Below, piece after piece: positions 42,901 through 57,000 of a DNA stretch of 64,000 nucleotides. How positions within the stretch are numbered: position 1 is the stretch's first letter; each line of letters starts with the position of its first letter. This stretch comes from Paraspadella gotoi (Eukaryota > Animalia > Chaetognatha). Under the pieces are notes generated by a model. The model worked only from the letters and a program-made list of their open reading frames with translations, was not told the origin of the DNA and ran no database searches. The DNA lies in the NCBI GenBank assembly GCA_051294375.1, contig JBJCIZ010000239.1, positions 2,865,476 through 2,929,475 of the forward strand, written 5' to 3'. A program made the position numbers and the translations under genes.

Positions 42901-44415
42901 GAGCCTCTTCTCCGTAGAGTTATAGGGATTCTGCGTGGGAACTTTCTGCAATTCGAGATTAACCGGTACGTTGTTTGGGTAAGCGACGCTGGGAGGAATC
43001 GTCTGCGTCTTGTCCATGGATAATCTAGTCTTTGGCGCGGGAATTTCGAGCGTCAAAGAGGACGATTTGTTCCTGATCAGAGTCCGTCCGTCCATCATGA
43101 GCGAGGTCGGACGAGAGGGGTTGGGTTGAGGCGGTGGGGGAGCGAGTATAACGTCCAATTCGTCGTGAATGTCTTTGAGAGCGTCGACGGTTTGACTCTG
43201 ATCATTTAGTTGATGATAACCCTCATTGGGTTTGAGCACTTCTCTCAAAACGTCATAATCGGATGGAATCGTCGGCGTCGTCGATTCTCGTTTCACCGAG
43301 ACGGAAGAGGCGGAACCAGAGGCGGAGGGAGGCGTTTCGGATTTTGAGACATCGACGAAGAAAGACGCAAAGGAGTCGGGAAAACAAGTTGGTTTGACGT
43401 CCAATTGCGCTTGGCCAGAGTCGATGGCCTGAGTCGGAGTCACTTCGTCCGTCGTCGAAGAAGTCGGACGAGTTGGGGAAGTGAAAAACGGATTACGAAT
43501 CGGATCTTCTTTCGCGGCGACGGGAGATTCGGGAGTCGAAGAAGATACAGTGGGGACTCCGCCGGAGAAGCCGACGGTGGTCGTAGAACATGGAACCGAG
43601 GACGACTGTTCAGGGGCGCAAGTTCGGTTCGGGGTGGGCGCGAATTCGGTGGAATGGATGGGGCTTGATTGCTGCGCAGGATTACTGGTGTAATTAGAGA
43701 AGGCGGCGTTGGGATTGCTGCAAGTCGACAAAGGTCGGGAGGGGCTTTGATGTCCGGCTGATGACGCGGAACCTATGCTGGATGGGCGAGCTTGTTGACC
43801 TCCGGCCATGAGTTGGGAAGTTTTAGAGTTCGTCTCGGAAACGGGCAAAACACCTCCAGAAGGACACTGCAGACAGCAAGATTGCTGAGATGATTGATGC
43901 ATAGCGTGGTGCATAGAAGATGGCTCCGACGTTTGCGGAGATTGGGCCAGAGCATACTGATTCATTTGCGGCAGTTGCTGCATAGGCGTATGCATTGATC
44001 CCATTTGGTTGAGCATGGGTTGAGTATGTTGCAAATTATTTTGCACAGGAGAATGCATAGGGGCGCTCATACTCTGCATCCCAGAGTGATAACTGTTGTT
44101 ATATCTAATGGGAACTTGCGGTCTTTGCGCCGAATTCTGATAGGGCATATTGTACCCTGGGTAATGTGGCGTGGAAGCACTGCCGGCCATTGGATACCCA
44201 CCGGACGGCGTCCCCATTTGAGGATAGTTTTGCATCATGTTCGGGTTATACGGAGCATTATTCTGCATCCGCGGATTTCCTGAAGCATAATTCAAGTTGC
44301 TCGGCGAATGATTCATTCCAGGATGAAACGAGTTCGACATGTCCACTGATTGATTAAGGTTGTTATGAGGATACATTGACGGACCAAATGGGGCCGGTTG
44401 GCCGTCAGGTCCCAT
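39912..44415 (-). CDS. ~1400-aa Pro/Ser/Gln/Asn-rich disordered protein, no recognised domain; 4 exons
   Basis: A 3.5-kb open exon (44415-40908) splices in phase to 40788-40313, ~40230-40151 and ~40041-39912. An in-frame stop lies just upstream of ATG 44415. Confidence 0.8.
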
Positions 44416-44573
44416 TCCGTTGGAAATATCCAGCAGGATCACCGAAACAAAAGATCATTGACAATACTTATACCTGTAAAAAAGAACATTTTGTAACAAG
44501 AACTGTAAAGGTCAAATTTTATAATGGTTGTACCAATTTGATAAATAAATAACAATTCAAACTAAAGAACCGG

Positions 44574-46520
44574 TTAACTACTCTTCACAACGAAACCTTT
44601 CCTGACGGGAACATTTTCCATCAAGGCAGTTTTCCAATCTCCCGTATCAAATACGCGTAACAAAATGTCGAATACTTGATTTATGGTTAAAACGCTGCTG
44701 AAACTCGTTCCCGCTCGAGATTCTGCCGAACTTTTATCCATGAATTCCCGAATTGGTAGACGAGCCGATTCGATATTCCAAGCACGAGATTTGGTGAGCA
44801 TTAAGTTTTTGGTGACCGACTCGTCGACCAAACCGCCAAGGATGTAAACTTTAGACGATGACACTTCCGTCAAAACGTTCGCACTAGTGGTTTCGCAAAG
44901 AGTATGAATTCCTCGTTTTTATAAGTTAAAATCTCTATCTCTCTGTATTCTTGTATACGTATATATTTACCTGTCCGGAGTCAAAACAACCAAGTTGAAG
45001 GCCAATCCCAGAGATGAGTACAATTCGATTGGATTTAGATCGGATTTTCCCAAGAGACATTCGTGGAATCCTTTAAACTTAGATTCCAGCTGCTCCAACA
45101 TCAAAGAGCCTCGACCCAATCCACAAAGATCCACTCTCGCGGGCGTGTCTCTTTTTTTGTTCGATCCGTAGACCCTCATGACCTGAACGGCCAAGCGACC
45201 CATTTCCTTGTGGGTCATGTGCTCGCGTCCGAAGCTAAGATCCAACGCGACTTTCAAAACCTTTCTGGCTTCGTCATTCTCCATGGATTTTTTCAAGTTG
45301 CTCCTCACTCGAATTCGCGCGGAATTTTGCTCTTCGACTCGTCGCGATTTCGCGGGAGGAAAATCGGGGGGAAAAGACGAGTTTCTCTTTCGCGAAGATT
45401 CAGTCGTTTCTTCTTCGCTATTCGAACGTTCGGACTGACGCGTTTCGTTATCCTTTTCCCTCATTATTCTCTTCAACCTTCGAATCTCTTTCTTACGCCG
45501 ACGATTCTCCTTCAACTTGGTCCTCTTTAGCCGAAATCGTTCCTCCTTCGACCCAGATTTCGACGCGAATCGTGAAGAGTCGTCCCGCCCGAATAACTCT
45601 TCCTCTGCTCGACAAATGAGCGAGGGATCCCTTTTATCGAGTTTTCTCAGTCCGTCCATCGATTCGGACAAGACGGTAAGTATTTCTTCTTCGGTGGAGG
45701 AAGCGGAGAGCTTCGCGATCGAATCGGAAAAGAAAGGCGGAGAATTTCTCAGAAAACTGGAAATCAAAGTCAGGGTTTCTACGAGAATGTCCGGACAATT
45801 TCGGAGACGGGGGATGATCTCGGCGACGTTCTCGAGCAGCTCGTCCAGGACGACCACAGACTTTGAATCGGAAAACACCCCCGGATTCTTTTCTGCGACG
45901 CGAGATTCAATTACCACCCCATTGGCCAAAGTCTGGCGACCGCAGTTCCACACTTCTTTGTTCGTCAAAACGTTTGCGGTGACGAAAAGGGGAATGTTTT
46001 TTGGGGCAAGGTTGAGCGAAAGGGCGCGGAGCAAATCGAATTCTTGATACAGGTCACGACGATGTAATGAACTGGCGAGATCCCCGCAAAAAGATAAAGA
46101 GACGAAACCGATCGGAGACGCTAAGGCTCGAAATTTAGTTTCGTTTTTGACAATAAACCGAGAGTCCTGGAAATCGTAATCGTCCGCTTCGATCGTCAAA
46201 TCTAAGCCGAGATTTGGGAAATCTGAAGAAACCGATCTCTCGGTAATTGCTAACTCGACCTTCTCGTTGAGCGCGGGCGAAATTCGGTGGAGGGAGTCGC
46301 GGATCGTCACTAATTCTTTATTATCCAAAGTTACAAAAATCTTTTGAAAATCTCCCAACAAATCGATCCAGTTCGAATCGTTCAAAAAATTATTTAAGTC
46401 TCTTTTTATCCAAATTCCATTGGCGCCGAAGCGGAAGGCAATGAGAGCCAACGCAAAAGTTTTCGCCGAATGATCCGCCGCGAGAAATATTCTCAAAGGG
46501 CAACGACCTTCGCCGGCCAT
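44574..46520 (-). CDS. TRMT10B: tRNA m1A9 methyltransferase TRMT10B-like (SPOUT) with long N-terminal extension; 2 exons
   Basis: VALDLSF..HMTHKEMGRLAVQVMRVYGSNKK..LVVLTPDS|ANVLTEV..KVYILGGLVDES..SARLPIREFM..VLTINQVFDILL..GDWKTAL..VPVRKGF. Confidence 0.88.
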
Positions 46521-46530
46521 GATGCCTCTA

Positions 46531-46565
<35 letters not shown>

Positions 46566-47323
46566 GAAGGGAAATTTACAAAAAACTTTTAATGCGGAGA
46601 GAAAAAGCATGAAATATTACAAATTTAAAACTATTTTAATAGTGTCATAGTCAAAAACCAAACAAATATTCATTTGACTTTGCAGTCTTACAAAAAAACA
46701 ACGAAAAAAATTAAATCTGTAACGTGCAGAAGTGAAATGATTAAAAAATGAAAAAACTACGAAGTTGTTATATTTTAGCTTAGTAATTTATAGCTTTTCC
46801 AGTCCTCGTTCCCTTTATTAAAATCTCAATGATCTTCATAATGTTCTTCCTAAAAGTTTTCAAACATCCTTAAAAGTACATATATATGAGTTTAATAAGT
46901 TTAATAAGCTTACTATGTATTCAATATTCAATCTGGGTTTTATTCTTGAATTCTAGACTAAATTTTTCGTTTTATCTCGTTATTTCATTCATCTTTCCGA
47001 AATATCCTAAAGTTAAATACATTTTTTTTCGTAAGACTGTATTACCAATGAATAAAAAAAACAAAGGAAAGTAAATGAGCAAAATCGTGCTTTTCTATCG
47101 CGGTTTCCATAGATCGACTAAAAATAGAAACATAAGCATGAAAATTAACTCCTTTTTTAATTCTCACGGATATCTGTGAAACTTTTCTCGTAATAAATAA
47201 ACCAAACGAGGTTTCACATAAAAAAAAAAAAAAAAATGAAAAGCCTATGTAAGGTGGTGACTTTGTAAAAAATCGAGCTATAAAAACCGAGGGGCAAATA
47301 AAAATTCACTCTCGATACCATCA

Positions 47324-50300
47324 CTAACGCTGCAACGAGTTGATGCCATCGATCATTTGCGCCTTAGAGACTTGCGTCAACTTGACGGCATGTCCGTTGA
47401 GTTTGCTCCTGGTAGCGACGGCGGCGTTGCAGTCTTTGAAATGGTTGAACTCGACGTGAACGGTGGCGAGGCCGCCGCCGGTGTTGTGGATGTGAATCCC
47501 GTTGCTGCTGACCGAGAGGCCGTCGAAGAAGTCCAGCAAGTCCGCGTGGGAGACGTCCTCTGGCGCCGAGTCTATTCGCACGCAGGTCGGCCAAGCGGGA
47601 GGAGAGGCCGTCGGCAGCGGCGGGCCGGAAGGAGCGGAAATCATGGGCGGCGCCGGAAACGATCCGGCCCTGTCGGGATTCAACGGCGGCGCCGCGCGGG
47701 CCGGGGAATTATTGCTCAGCATGGAGCCGGGAATCGGAGGACCAGAGGGAGCCATTTGCATGGGAGGACGAGGAATTCCCGACCCCATGACCCCGAAACC
47801 GGAACCGGAGGGATTTAGAGGCGGAGGCTTTAGAGGGAAGTCGAGAGATTGCTGTTGCGATTGGAGAGGCTCCATGATTCGATTTTCTGGACTCACAACG
47901 GCGACTGGCTTGCTGTTATCATGCGACCAATCAAAGCCTGGGTGTTCGGATTGATGAGGCTGCCGAAATAAAACGGTAAGTGTTATAAAGAAAAACTAGC
48001 GTAAAAAAAGTTGGGACAACTTTAGACAAACTTGTTGCAAAGCGATGCCTAAAGGTCTGAATGGCTGCGATGGAAGAGGGCGTGGGGACGAAGGTTTGGA
48101 TAAATTAGCGTCGTAAGAACGGCCCGTCCGAACTTCCTCGAGTTTGGTGGCGATGTCGCGAACGGGAATATCCTCTATCGAGACGCGATACTTGTCCATC
48201 AACATTCGACCTTCGTAAGCGAACGTTTGACAATAACTGGGGGAATTATAGAAATTGTAAAATTAGTATTAATTTCTTCAAAACTAAGCTTAAATTTCTA
48301 GCGAATCAAGCGACTCACGTGGCGTAATCGTTGATTTCGACAAATGCCTTCCCGTTGGTCGTAGTCCCCTGCTTCCAGACAACCCTGATCTGCCCAGGCT
48401 TGATCCCCAATTCTCCGAAGAAGTCGGCGATGCGATGCTGAGCCACAAGCCCGTCGATCCCGCTCATCATGATGGCGTACTTGTTCGACTGGTTCATGGG
48501 AGCGCATTTGGGCGATCGGTTGACGCCGATGGGAGGCGGTTCCTTCGACATGACGTCGGGCGGAGGCGTGGCGGTGGGCCGAGCGGGCGACGGCAAAAGA
48601 ACGTGCGGGAGTCGAGGATCGCCGGCGTCGTTGGCGGCTTCGTCGGTGAATTCGTTGGCCGACGGATCGACCGACGGATTGACGGGCGCGTTAGACTCCC
48701 TCTTCTCTTTACTATCGCCTCGACGAGGTCGGTCGTCTTTTCTTCCATCGTAGCGTCGCCTTTCGTCGTCTCTCTTGTCCTTTCGATCTCGATCCCCGCC
48801 GCGACCGCGAGGACTCCTGTCCTTTCGCGGACTTCTCTCTCGGGAACGCGATCGCGGCCGCGGGGAACGCGAGGATTTTCGATCGCGAGAACGAGATCGT
48901 CTCCGACGAGGACTTCGCTCGTCTCTGGAAGAACCCCATTTGACATCCGCGCTTCGATCTCCGCCTCTTCCTCCTCTTCCTCGTCTCTTGTCCTTACGCC
49001 TCTCCGCGGATCTTTCGCGACTTCGACGCCGCTGCTGCGACTGCTGCGACGGCAGAGGCGGCGGCGGCGCCTTTGGAACGACAAAGGTTCGAATTTCCGG
49101 AGCGAATCCTTCCAGGTATTCTTTGTACCTACGTTATGATGAAATAATAATAAAAAATACAAATTTAAGATCTTCCGAGAACATAATCCTCCGCGAAGCA
49201 AACTGTACCAAATGTCATCGGCGTTGAGTTCGGATTTGAGGGGATGCTTGATTCGGAAAAACTGTTCGGATTTGATGCTCTTGAGCGCATCTTCGAACTG
49301 ATAGCGAACGATGCGGTAAATGTCTATTGTTTTGCGCCAGAAAGGTTGCCTGTCTTTAGCGAGGGCCTCGTCTAATGACGGTTTGCCTGGGAAAATATTT
49401 CACGAATGACTACGGGGTGGCGCGAGGGGGGGGGAGAAACTGTTTGGGACGATAACTACCACCTGTTTTGAAGTAAATAATATCATACAAACGTTATTCG
49501 TTATTTACGCGCAGCTCACCCTGTAACTCGGCAATAAACTGATAAGTGGAGTCATTTCCAGGCGGTGAGGGAAGTTTGTGAACGTTAAGCGGTTCAGCCT
49601 TGGCCAAAAATTCCGAAACGTCTTTATCGGTGGCGTCCGACGGGGCATTGCGAATGTGAACGAAGAAATGCTGGGGCAAGGGACCTGCGGTTACAAAAAA
49701 AAAATTATGACTAAATATACTGAAGTCGAAACTAAAATATCATTTAAGCATCGCTAAAATCCACAGCTAACTTTCTCGACGTCCTTATCTCTCTTTGTTA
49801 GAATAGATTCAGGGTCGTCGTCATGAGATGCAGCACCCAGGCAAATTTTGTCATATTGAAAACTAACCCTCTTTCCTCTCCACTTCGTAAGCGGCGCCGT
49901 TCTCGTTGGCCTCTAAAAACTCCTCGAACTGCTGCTCCGTGATCCTGAAAACCTCGGACGTTCTCTGCACAAGTCTGGATCCGAGGACGGCCTCCATCCC
50001 TTCGTTGACTTTAGCTTCGGATATGAATTCGAGGAGGACGACGTCGTGGGCAAAGTCTCGCCTCTTGTGCAGCAGACGAACTCCGTCCTCGATGAGATTG
50101 GAGTCGCCAACGACTCGACGAATGTCTTTGCGGCTCACGTCGTGATGAGGCCGCACCACGACGGCCAACCAACGCAGCTGCGACGGTGACGCCGCCGACG
50201 GCGGAGAAAAGAACCGCCCGTTGATGGCGCCCGGGGGTGGACCGATGGGCGGGGGACCGGAAGGAGGGGGTCCCGACGGAGGTGGAGGACCGGAGGGAGG

Positions 50301-53300
50301 TACGGGAAAACGATTTCCCATAGGAGGACCACCGAGATTGGGGTTAGACGGTAAAAGCCCGGGAACGCCGGGTCTCATGCCTCGAGGGGGAGCGCTGAGA
50401 AGGGGCTGTTTCTGACCGGGTCGGGGAAGGCCCGAAGGAGGCATGTTGTGGGGCACGGGTCCTCGGAGATTCATGGGGCTGAAATTCGGTTTATTATGAG
50501 GTCCACCCTCGGGACCCATTGGCGGGAACCTTTCCGGTCTTGGGCCCACAGGGGGCGCGAAACTTCTATTTTGTCCCACCATTGACGCCGAGGGGCCTCT
50601 GGAATCTGGACCCATCATGGATTTGGTTTGGGGACTCTCGGCCCGCTCCGCGTTTTCTTCGGTCGGGCGCGTCCCATGCATCGAGTGTAGCCTGGCTTCT
50701 TCCTCCTTCAGCACATGAATGGGCGGTCGTTCGATCCGAAGGTAAGGATGTTTATTTTGAAATGCCTCCTGCACTTCGGTGAATTGGCGTTCCAATATTT
50801 GGAAGCAATTGACCCGACGGCCTTGCCAGACATCGCCACTCCGAGAACACAACGCCGACACGTCGCTTTCGTTCAGAAGCTCCATGACGAAACTTCCATT
50901 CGTTTTTCCGACCATGCCGAAGCAAGGATAGACTCCGCGAGGCCCTTGGGGAATGCCATCCAGAAACTGAAAAGATTTAATCAATATTTTTACTTTTGAA
51001 TTAACCAATTTGGGATAATTATTAATTAATGAATAGTTGTACTTAAATACACAAATACCTCAAGAACGCCTTGATACTCCGTATGCCAATCCATATTGAC
51101 GATGGCGCAAAAGTATCCACCCTGTCGATTTATTTGACCAGAATCCCCGGATTTTCTGTCGGAGGACACGGTCGAACTGTCGTGGGCCGCCGAATTAGAC
51201 GACGCCACGATTGGTTTGGATTTCGGCCCGGGACCGGAGGAAGACGCCGAGTAATTGAAGGGTTTTTCGAAGAGTACATCGAAAGGGTTAGCCTTTGGCG
51301 GCGCGATGGAAGTTTTGGGAAAGGCGGACATTGCCGACGACCCCTGAGAAGGACGGTCGAGATCGTGATTAACGTCGAAACTTTGTGGGAAATTATCCTT
51401 GGGCGGAATCTTGGCTCGATTCTTCTCGTAGTCGAAGAACTTTGGATCCGGAGGCTGATCGACCTCGTCAAAGTCGGGTTGCGTCGGTGCTGACGCCGGA
51501 GCGGGCGTGTCCGAGTCGTGATTAGGCCGAGAACGAGGGTCCGCCAGGGCGCGTTCGCCGGGCGGCGGGAAGAAGCGTCGATGCGCGAGTCGAGGATCAG
51601 CATTGAGGCGACGACCGTTGGCCTCGGGCGGAGTGCCCCGAGAGGCGGGGGGTACTTCGCCCTTAAATTTAGGATTCATCAAGGCGGAATTTCTCTGATC
51701 GGAGTCGCGAGAATCTTCGTTCGACGCCGGCGGGCGATTCCACGGGTTCGTCGGTGGATTCTCGAGCACCTTGTCGACGGGCCGCGGACCCGAAGACGGC
51801 GGCGCCTGTTCGTTTCCGCGATCGTGTCGATAAGAATCGGGCGAGGTGGAATCGAAGGTGGGCGCGGTGCCGAATCCGATCGAGCTGTTTCGATCGCCGA
51901 CTCGATGAGGTTGGCTTTGGAACGGATTCGTCTCGGAGGCGGCGCCCTGGCGATTATCCCAGGCGGAAGGCGTCGTCGGAGCTTGATACCGAGATCGATG
52001 TCGGGGATCGTTTTCGCTCGAATGCGGGGGGAAGTTTAACACTTTATGTTGCGGCGTTGGTGGTTGGTGTTGTTGGTGTTGTTGCGGCAGCACTTGCGGC
52101 GGAAGCTGCGTCGGCACCGGCGTAGGAACGGGCGTTGGAATTGAAATCGGCCCCGCCTTCTTGGCTTCCATTTCGGGACCGGAAAAAGTCGGAATAACGC
52201 CCATCGTCTGCAGAGCCTTAAGCGCCTCTTCCGCTTTGGCCATGATGGTTGCGTCGGAAGATTTGCCCGGCGTTGAGGCCGGATTGCCGACGCGGTTTCC
52301 CATATCGTCGGAATATTGATCTGAACCGGGATAGTTGGCGACGGACCGATTACCGTAGGCCCCTTGGTTCTGCTGTTTGTGGTGCTTTTCGGACGCCGTC
52401 CATGACTGCGAGTCTTTGGAATCTCTTTGAGTCCCGAATCCGTCTTCCCGCGAGGGACTCCTCTTCCTCTTTCCCTCCTCTTCCCGTTTACGCTCCGTCG
52501 GTCCCGACGTCAACGTCGGGGTTCCCAATTTCTCGCGGGCGGTTTGGATCACGAGTCGCATCTCGTTTTTGCTGCTCAGCATTAACCTGGTAATTGCGAG
52601 GTGTGAAGAAGAATCGTGAAAGGATAATTCACAATGTCTTAGTATGAACACCTGGAACAACTTTTACCTCACGGGTTTTCCATGAAGCTCCTGATCGGTC
52701 ATCTGCATGGCGCGTCTGGCGTCTTCGTCGGTGGAGAAGGCGATGAAGGCGTCGCCATTTTCTCCGCCAACAATGTGAACGCCTCCGTCGGGAATAAGAA
52801 GACCCTGGGTGGTTATGTCGGGCAAATTTTGGTTTAATGTTTAGCAGAATAATTTGTGGTTCATTTCAAATGAGATTGAGTTCTTCAATCTCATTTACAT
52901 ATTGTAGTAGTTTAGACCATTTCTCATATCTTTTGATACAGTTTTCATAATAGTCTTATTTTACGGTTTTAGCAATAGTTTTAATGATTTAGTTTTCCAA
53001 TTATTATTCAAATATTTCATAGTAGTATTGTCGCGTTATAAATGGAAGTATTTTTCTTGTTCTGGGAGACTGGCTCATGTTTGATAGAAGATTGTTATTG
53101 TCAAAGGCCTAGCTATTAATCAGCTAGGATTTCAGGGTCGGTCTGAACCACTTAGCTTACCACTTATAATATAATAACTATTATGTATCTTGTGTAATAT
53201 TAATAATGTTAAGTTAATACAATAAATAATGTAATTAACCACTATTGCTTCTCTTTATATTAATTCTTAAACATTATCAAGTAGAACAGCAAGAAGAACA

Positions 53301-53734
53301 ATGCGAGCATTCTACCACTAACCATAAGGTCAACAATAAATAATAATATAAGATGCCCTCCGTTAGAGTGGTGCATCGCGGATGTGGAAATTCAAAATTT
53401 CCAACCAAGAATCTTGGCTGCCCATTGTATTCAAGATAAACCTAAATCCTATTTTTAATATTTTATACCTTCATACATCTATCCATTCACATTTATCAAT
53501 TTTCTATGCTCTCATCCATTAAATGATCCCACATTTTCATGCTGTTCTCCCAGCTTCTGACTGCACCAACTTTGGAGAAGTCCTAAACTACACTTCACTT
53601 CGCTTAATTCGTCGATTCGCAGTTTTTGTTTTGTTTTGGTAGAAGTTTTACCAGAAACTGACCTTGAAAAATGCCCTTATGTCGCGGGAGGCAGCCGACC
53701 AGGCGAGGTTTTGTAGGCGAATGATCACCGACAT
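47324..53734 (-). CDS. RBM12: RBM12-like multi-RRM RNA-binding protein; multi-exon
   Basis: MSVIIRLQNLAWSAASRDIRAFFK|GLLIPDGGVHIVGGENGDAFIAFSTDEDARRAM..LMLSSKNEM is the RBM12 N-terminal RRM. Further divergent RRMs and an RS/RD tract follow, ending in CVRIDSAPEDVSHADLLDFFDG..VHVEF. Confidence 0.87.
52843..52910. repeat. Hairpin repeat family B, copy 2
   Basis: AGCAGAATAATTTGTG..AAATGAGATTGAGTTCTTCAATCTCATTTACATATTGTAGTA. Confidence 0.8.
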
Positions 53735-54090
53735 GATTCGATTTGAAGATCTAAATATTCTTAGTGTCGAACTAGTAAACCATGACCTATTCTAGAACAA
53801 ATTCCTAACAGCAGCTGCACCGAAAAGAAAAACCGTTAAATTACTAATAAATTTAAAACACGATGACGGAAAGAAATCACGAATGAAACACAATGCGCTC
53901 ATAAATAAGTAGCATGTATCAATAAAATTTAACCTAATTTAATGAGTAAAAAAAATAGTGAAAATCATGATGAAGAAAATTTTGGTCCAACATGATAGGG
54001 GCTGTGTCGGTATAACGAGAATAAAAATGGTAATAATCGTTTTGTTTTTGTTTTTTCCATTTTTAAAAGAAAATAAAGATGGCTATTAAT

Positions 54091-57000
54091 TCAGGAGACG
54101 TCCGAAGTATCTGACTTGGCGGCGCCGACTTGCGCGACGAGAGCGATCTTGCTCAAGTGGCGGAGATTCGAGTCGATCCTGGCGATCATTTCGCTCTCAT
54201 CCTCGGGCGCGGTCTTGGAATCGCTGCGACGTCCCGCTATCAGGTTGACAAAATCGCGCGCGTTTTGGGTCAAGAGTTGTTCGGGGTCGGAGACTTTGAC
54301 GTCGACCGATAAGGCCCACTTGAGGGCGTCCTCGCCCAGGTGGTCCTCGAGCGATCGGCGGTTGTCTTCGCGTCGTTTCTGCTCCTCGACGCGACTTTGG
54401 CGTTTGGCGTCGAGAAATTGTTTTGCCTTGAGATGATCCGTTTGAAATTGGATGGTCAGTACCTGAAGAAGATTGTCCACCTGAAAACGCAAAGGATATT
54501 AGCTTAATCGCAAAATACAGCTTGCAAAAGAAACCCACAATAAGTATAACTCCCACCGAAGATTTTATGGAAGCCCCGCCGGTTCCCGGACAGCCGGCGA
54601 CGAAATTCTGCAAGCTCATAGCGTATTGCTTTCCCACTTCGTCCCCGTAAGTCGCGGTCATCATCTCTTGCTCCTCGGTGGACATGTTTTCGAAGAGGGC
54701 CGAGTATTCGGGCCCGAGCGATAAGTGGGCGTGGCTCTGATAGAGTTCGATCATTTTCGAGAGCTGCTCCTTGTCGACGGCGATTTCTTTAGACTTCAGG
54801 TTGGCGGGAATCTCCTTCGTGAATCTTTTGTTGTCGAAGAGATCGAAGTCTTCCTTGATTGAGATTTCCGTGAGGCCGGCGGAAGAGGCAGCGCCCAAGA
54901 TGGAAGAGGAAGCTTCCAACTTGACCCTATTCGTTTCGGTGAGGGCGAAGGAGATTTCCCCCTTTTCTTTTTTCCTCAAAAATCCAACGTTGACTTTGTT
55001 GTTTTTCTCATCGAGCGAGCGACGCGCCTTTGCCGCCGCGGATTTCGCTCGAGCCAAGATCTCTTCCGGGGTCATTTCGTCGGGGATGGCCTGAAAGAAT
55101 GGAATTCCCTTTAGTGAATGACCTTTAATTAGAGTACTGTGGACGCAACAAGTTTCAGAGTAAGAATGATTTATTTTTCAACAACGTTATAAACAATAAC
55201 AGTCAAAATGCTCAGATGCTAAGTCTATTACAATGGTATTTACAAAGGTCAACGTTTGACCATAAAGGTCAACGTTTTGACCATAAATAAGTTGGGGGAA
55301 TTGAGCGAGGTAAGTTCGGTAAGGTCAAGTGGTTTGACCGAGGTTGCGTGTTCTAGAATGTTCGTCCACCGTACTTCTTTTAGTAACGAACTTACCTGGA
55401 ATCTCCCCTGACCGGTGAAGTAGTGGGAATCGAATTTCCGCAGCCGCATTCGCTGCAGCGCCGCCCGCTCCACCTCCTTCCGAATCTCCTCGTCGCCCCC
55501 GAACTGATCCACCTCCATCCAAATGTTGCCCTCTTGATCTTGCCATGGGATCGAAACTTCGGATTTGGGGTTGGAGGACAAACTCGAACCAATGGACAAA
55601 ACGTCCTGATTAAATAGATATTATTATATATTACATAACAATGAATCTACTAGCTCCAATGTAAATTCTAATGTAACGCATCTTATCATACTTTGGCCGT
55701 GAGACCCATCTCTCGCATCGTGATGCCTCGCATGAACTCAAAGTTGCCTCTCATCATGAGCAGTTTCTCCTTGCTCAGCAGCTTGAGTCCATAGCTGAGG
55801 AGGCGTCGCGCCTCGGTGAAGTAAATCGTGTCGGGAGCGTTGTATCTCATTGCGTTTTGGCACATAAGATTGAAGTCGGACTTGAACCTGGTCATTAATC
55901 AATAATCTCATGATTAAGGATATATATATATAACAAAAGGGAAAACGATCAACATTGAGCGAAAAAGAACTTACTTGTCTACCGATTCGTAGGCCTCTTC
56001 CTCGATATTATCGTTCATGGTGCTGAAATCCATGGGTTTTTCAATGATGGCGAAGTAATTGGGGGCGATGGTCTCGTCGATGGGGTAAGCGAAGAACTCT
56101 TGCTCGTCCCGTTTTCTCAAGACCTTGGTCACGTACTCGAGGCAGTTGCGCAGGGCGTCGACGGGCTGCGGCGGCTCAGCCACGCGGACGCACATTTGAA
56201 TCCGAGGCACGGAAGAGGAGGAAGAGGAGGAGGGAGAATCACGTATCGTCTTGCCGAATTTGAGAGGGAGGGACTTCGGGGAGGAGGAAGGGGACGGACG
56301 GAATAGGTCAGCGTGATGCTTGAAGAGATTCGCCGAGGAGGTGGACGAGGAAGTCGGCTCGACGACGAACGGCGAATCTCTAGCAAAAGTCTCTTCAGTG
56401 CTCTTTGAATCTGGAGAAGAGGATCCAGGAGGATGTTGAGAAGTAGGCCGAGATATAATGGGATGAGGAAGAGTTTGAGAAACATTCGGTCGTGTGGGAG
56501 TTGTAACGGGTTCCGAAAGCGCCTCCGTGGTTGCTTGCGCGCTACGAGAACCGGCGTTGGCGCCAAACGACACCTCGAAACTGACGGATTCCTCGGACAA
56601 GAGACCATCGGACGTTCGGGCGTCGCTGAGGTCGGAGTCGGCGACGGAGGAAGGAGCCGACGGATCGAAAACGGATCCTTTTTCAAGAATCTCGCAGTTG
56701 CTCTCCTCGCTCTCCGCTTCGCTTATGTTTTCCGTGACAGGTTTGTAAGTCGACACGAGGTCTTGTCGTTGAGGAGAAATCGGCGACAAGATAACTTCCG
56801 AGGGAGGTTCGTCTTTATTCGAGGCCGGAGGCGGCACCGACGGAACAGATGGCACCGGTGGCGGAACTGGAAAGACCGGGGAGACCGGGGTAGCCGCGGG
56901 CGTAGACGCTTGTGGCGTCGGGGAAACTATGGAAACTGTCGAAGCATCGCTGGAGGAGCTGATCGTCGGCTTCTGTTTCGATTGTGCTTTAGACTGGATG

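Noticed and set aside
55244-55288. Two tandem GGTCAACGTTTGACC hairpins in a BRD intron
   Set aside because: A local ~21-bp duplication, with no other copies seen.
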